Positions 61,253 through 64,000 of a stretch of DNA of 64,000 nucleotides are shown in pieces (position 1 is the first letter of the stretch; each line of letters starts with the position of its first letter). The stretch is from Thermoanaerobaculia bacterium (lineage in GTDB: Bacteria; Acidobacteriota; Thermoanaerobaculia; UBA5066; Gp7-AA6): the NCBI GenBank assembly GCA_038229875.1, contig JBBROA010000001.1, positions 65,955 through 129,954 of the forward strand, given 5' to 3'. Made by a program: the position numbers and the translations under genes. The notes beneath the pieces are model-generated. The model was not told where the DNA came from, ran no database searches, and was given only the letters and a program-made list of their open reading frames with translations.

Positions 61253-63466
61253 ATGACGATCACCCCCGAGCTCGTCGCCGAGCACAACCTTTCTGCCGAG
61301 GAGTACGGGCGGATCATCGTGATCCTGGGGCGTGAGCCTAACTACGTCGAGCTCGGCATCTTTTCGGCCATGTGGAGCGAGCACTGCTCCTACAAGTCCT
61401 CCCGCGTGCACTTGAAGACCTTCCCGACGAAGGGGCCACGCGTCATACAGGGGCCGGGCGAGAACGCGGGGATCGTCGACATCGGCGACGGGCTGGCCGT
61501 GGCATTCAAGATGGAGTCGCACAACCACCCGTCGTTCATCGAGCCGTACCAGGGTGCCGCGACGGGGGTCGGGGGGATCCTTCGGGACATCTTCACCATG
61601 GGGGCGCGGCCGATCGCGTCCTTGAACTCGCTGCGGTTCGGTTCCCTGGACGCGCCCCGGATGAAGCACATCGTCGACGGGGTCGTCCGTGGAATCGCGG
61701 GATACGGAAACTGCATGGGCGTCCCGACGGTGGGCGGCGAGACGACGTTTCACCCGGCCTACAACGGCAACATTCTCGTGAACGTCTTCAACGCCGGGAT
61801 CGTGCGCGCGGACCGGATCTTCCTGGGTCGGGCGGAGGGAGCCGGAAATCCGGTCGTTTACGTGGGCTCGAAGACGGGACGCGACGGGATCCATGGCGCG
61901 ACGATGGCGTCCGAGGAGTTCGCGGGCGACGAGACGAAACAGAAGCGGCCGAACGTCCAGGTGGGCGATCCGTTTACCGAGAAGCTTCTCCTCGAGGCGT
62001 GCCTCGAGCTCTTCGCCACCGACGCGGTCGTCGGCATCCAGGACATGGGAGCCGCGGGGCTGACGTCCTCCACCTTCGAGATGGCGGGCCGCGCCGGCAG
62101 CGGCGTCGAGATCGATCTGTCGAAGGTTCCAGTGCGCGAAACGGGAATGACGCCTTACGAGATCATGCTGTCGGAGTCGCAGGAACGGATGCTCCTCGTC
62201 TGCCATCGCGACCGCCTCCCGCAGGTCCTCGCGATCTTCCGCAAGTGGGAGCTCGACGCGGTCGAGATCGGAATGGTGACGGACACCGGCCGGGTCGTCC
62301 TCTTCTTCGCCGGAGAGAAAGTTGCCGACCTACCAGCGGCGCCTCTGGCCGACGAGGCCCCCGTCTACGACCGGCCGCGGCGTCCCGCGCCGGCCCCTCC
62401 TCCGCCGCTCTGGCCGGGGGAGCCGGAGCCCGCGGACTACACCGGGTGCCTTCGCGGGATCCTCTCATCCCCGAACGTCGCCGAGAAGTCTTGGATCTGG
62501 ACGCAGTACGACCACATGGTCGGCACGAATACCGTCGAGCGGCCCGGTGGCGACGCCGCCGTGGTGCGGGTGAAGGGCACCCGCAAGGCGCTCGTTTTGA
62601 AGTCGGACGTGAATCCCTTTTTCTGCGCGCTCGACCCTTACCGCGGGGCCGCGATCGCCGTGGCGGAAGCCGCGCGATCGATCGCGTGCGCCGGCGGACG
62701 GCCGCTCGCGATCACGGACTGCCTGAACTTCGGCAATCCCGAGAAGCCGGAGGTCATGGCGCAGTTCGAGGCGGCGGTGCGCGGCATCTCGGACGCCTGC
62801 CGCGCCTTCGACATTCCTGTCGTCTCCGGGAACGTCTCCTTCTACAACGAGACCGACGGGCGCGCGATTCCGCCGACGCCGACCGTCGGGATGGTCGGGC
62901 TTCTCGAAGACGTCGAGCGGCGGGTGCAGATGGGCTTCCGGGCGGCCGGCGACCGCGTCGCCCTCCTGGGCGTCACCCGCGACGAGCTCGGCGGCAGCGA
63001 GTTTCTCCGCGTCGTGCGGGGAAGAGACGAAGGGCCGTGCCCGGATCTCGATCTCGGCGCCGAGCGGCGGCTTTCATCCCTTCTGGCCGATCTCGCGGAA
63101 GCGGGCCTCCTGGCCTCCGCGCACGACCTCTCCGATGGGGGTCTGGCCGTCGCGGCCGCGGAATGCGCGATGATCTCAGGCTTTGGCGCCGCCCTGGAGC
63201 TTTCGGGGTCTCTGCGGACGTCCGCGCTGCTGTTCGGCGAGAGCACGGGCCGCGCTCTGATCTCCTTCCGCCCCGACGAGGAGCCGGCGATCGTTCAGGC
63301 GGCGAAAAAATCTTCCGTGTCGTTCGAATCGATCGGAACCGTCGGCGACGTCGCATTGGTGATCCGCCAGCAGGGCCGGGTGGTTCTCGACGCGGACCTC
63401 GTCGAAACGACCGGAATCTGGCGCCGCGCCTTTCGCCGGTCGATCGAGTCCGCCGACTTGCTCTGA
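61253..63466 (+). CDS. purL: Phosphoribosylformylglycinamidine synthase subunit PurL
   Basis: ..[18 protein letters not shown].., ..[28 protein letters not shown].. Start at ATG 61253 (MTITPELV..). Confidence 0.92.
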   Translation: MTITPELVAEHNLSAEEYGRIIVILGREPNYVELGIFSAMWSEHCSYKSSRVHLKTFPTKGPRVIQGPGENAGIVDIGDGLAVAFKMESHNHPSFIEPYQGAATGVGGILRDIFTMGARPIASLNSLRFGSLDAPRMKHIVDGVVRGIAGYGNCMGVPTVGGETTFHPAYNGNILVNVFNAGIVRADRIFLGRAEGAGNPVVYVGSKTGRDGIHGATMASEEFAGDETKQKRPNVQVGDPFTEKLLLEACLELFATDAVVGIQDMGAAGLTSSTFEMAGRAGSGVEIDLSKVPVRETGMTPYEIMLSESQERMLLVCHRDRLPQVLAIFRKWELDAVEIGMVTDTGRVVLFFAGEKVADLPAAPLADEAPVYDRPRRPAPAPPPPLWPGEPEPADYTGCLRGILSSPNVAEKSWIWTQYDHMVGTNTVERPGGDAAVVRVKGTRKALVLKSDVNPFFCALDPYRGAAIAVAEAARSIACAGGRPLAITDCLNFGNPEKPEVMAQFEAAVRGISDACRAFDIPVVSGNVSFYNETDGRAIPPTPTVGMVGLLEDVERRVQMGFRAAGDRVALLGVTRDELGGSEFLRVVRGRDEGPCPDLDLGAERRLSSLLADLAEAGLLASAHDLSDGGLAVAAAECAMISGFGAALELSGSLRTSALLFGESTGRALISFRPDEEPAIVQAAKKSSVSFESIGTVGDVALVIRQQGRVVLDADLVETTGIWRRAFRRSIESADLL

Positions 63467-63496
63467 ACGTCCCCGCTTCCGGGTTCTTCGGCGCGG

Positions 63497-64000
63497 TCAG
63501 GCCGGCTTGCGCGGCCCTTTCGGCCGTCCCGGCGAGCGAGGATCGCGGCGAGGCCCTGCCGGTCCCATCGGGCGCCGCGCCGGTATCCCTCCCGGGTCGA
63601 GCCCCCCGGGAAACGCGGGGAGCGGGGCACGCCGCCCCGGGGGTCCGGGAAACACGCGCGCACGCTCGGCGGGCGCGGCCGGGCCTCGCGGTCCGAGCGG
63701 TGCCGCGGGGCGCCCCTTTCCCACCGGTCCGGCCGGGCGGGGCGGTGCCCCGGGTCCGGCCGTGCGGGGCCGGAACGCCGGTGCGTCGAGCCGCTCGCGC
63801 CGGGAGACGAGTGCGCCCGCGGTCTGCCGTCCGTAACGCACCTCTTCTAGAAAGAGACCGGAGGGAGGCGCGGTCCACACCGCGGTGGAGCCCGGCAGCC
63901 GCTCCTCGAGCAGTCGCCGGGCTTCCTGGAGCGACAGGTTCCCGCGACCCACTTCGACGAGCGTTCCGACGAGGCGGCGCACCATCTTCCAGAGGAAATG
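63497..64000 (-). CDS. truA: tRNA pseudouridine synthase A, 5' end beyond right window edge, with long Pro/Gly/Arg-rich C-terminal tail
   Basis: Reverse translation from the window edge reads HFLWKMVRRLVGTLVEVGRGNLSLQEARRLLE..PPSGLFLEEVRY, the conserved TruA C-terminal region. The frame then stays open for about 110 low-complexity codons, to 63497. Confidence 0.7.
   Translation of the reverse strand, partial: HFLWKMVRRLVGTLVEVGRGNLSLQEARRLLEERLPGSTAVWTAPPSGLFLEEVRYGRQTAGALVSRRERLDAPAFRPRTAGPGAPPRPAGPVGKGRPAAPLGPRGPAAPAERARVFPGPPGRRAPLPAFPGGLDPGGIPARRPMGPAGPRRDPRSPGRPKGPRKPA

Noticed and set aside
63507-63836. 109-aa plus-strand ORF downstream of purL.
   Set aside because: It is pure Gly/Pro/Arg/Ala low complexity, with no start context, and lies antisense to the equally low-complexity truA tail. 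It is most likely non-coding.

Overview
High-GC (roughly 68-70% by eye) chromosomal segment from a diderm bacterium. Gene content and style look Acidobacteriota-like, but the taxon cannot be determined from this window. The window is almost fully coding, with about 63 genes, many joined by 4-nt ATGA/GTGA/TTGA start-stop overlaps; I used these overlaps to place starts. The six-frame track contains many long Arg/Pro/Gly-rich antisense ORFs that I treat as GC artefacts.

Gene order, left to right:
- DUF748 protein (partial).
- LolD/FtsX/LolA-like ABC triad.
- A ketosynthase, methyltransferase, flavoprotein and hydrolase operon next to moeA.
- DUF4388 protein, zinc-ribbon protein, galU, xdhC-like gene and a BNR-repeat protein.
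- A type IV pilus block, pilB-pilT-pilC-pilS-pilR, with no pilin gene.
- An LPS inner-core and lipid A block (waaC, hldC, hldA, waaF, LpxL-like, lpxK, waaA) with an HNH gene inside it.
- An ECF sigma/anti-sigma pair.
- An 11-gene T2SS/T4P-hybrid operon: secretin-N protein, GspF, GspE, PilM/N/O/P-like proteins, a TPR-secretin-cohesin fusion and three pseudopilins.
- M16 peptidase, dut, methyltransferase, MBL hydrolase, purS and purQ.
- A 13.4-kb accessory block.
- purL and a partial truA.

The accessory block is the most interesting part. It holds three units:
1. A double-glycine-leader peptide gene with a stand-alone, apparently periplasm-facing C39 peptidase, a TlpA-like thioredoxin and an ABC transporter.
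2. An operon of an HlyD-like adaptor, a sensor-less histidine kinase and a sigma-54 activator, which points at a clean sigma-54 promoter. That promoter drives a 175-aa protein made of 24 tandem A-R-A/S-Q/E-T pentapeptides.
3. A convergent operon encoding a STAS protein, a triple-GAF-HlyD fusion and a PqqD-like(RRE)-M50 protease-HlyD fusion.

I also see a dispersed family of period-7 G-rich tandem repeats placed just 3' of stop codons, a 54-bp dispersed repeat (2 copies), and a 20-bp triplicated gene junction in front of purS.

All homology calls come from motif recognition by eye; no searches were run.
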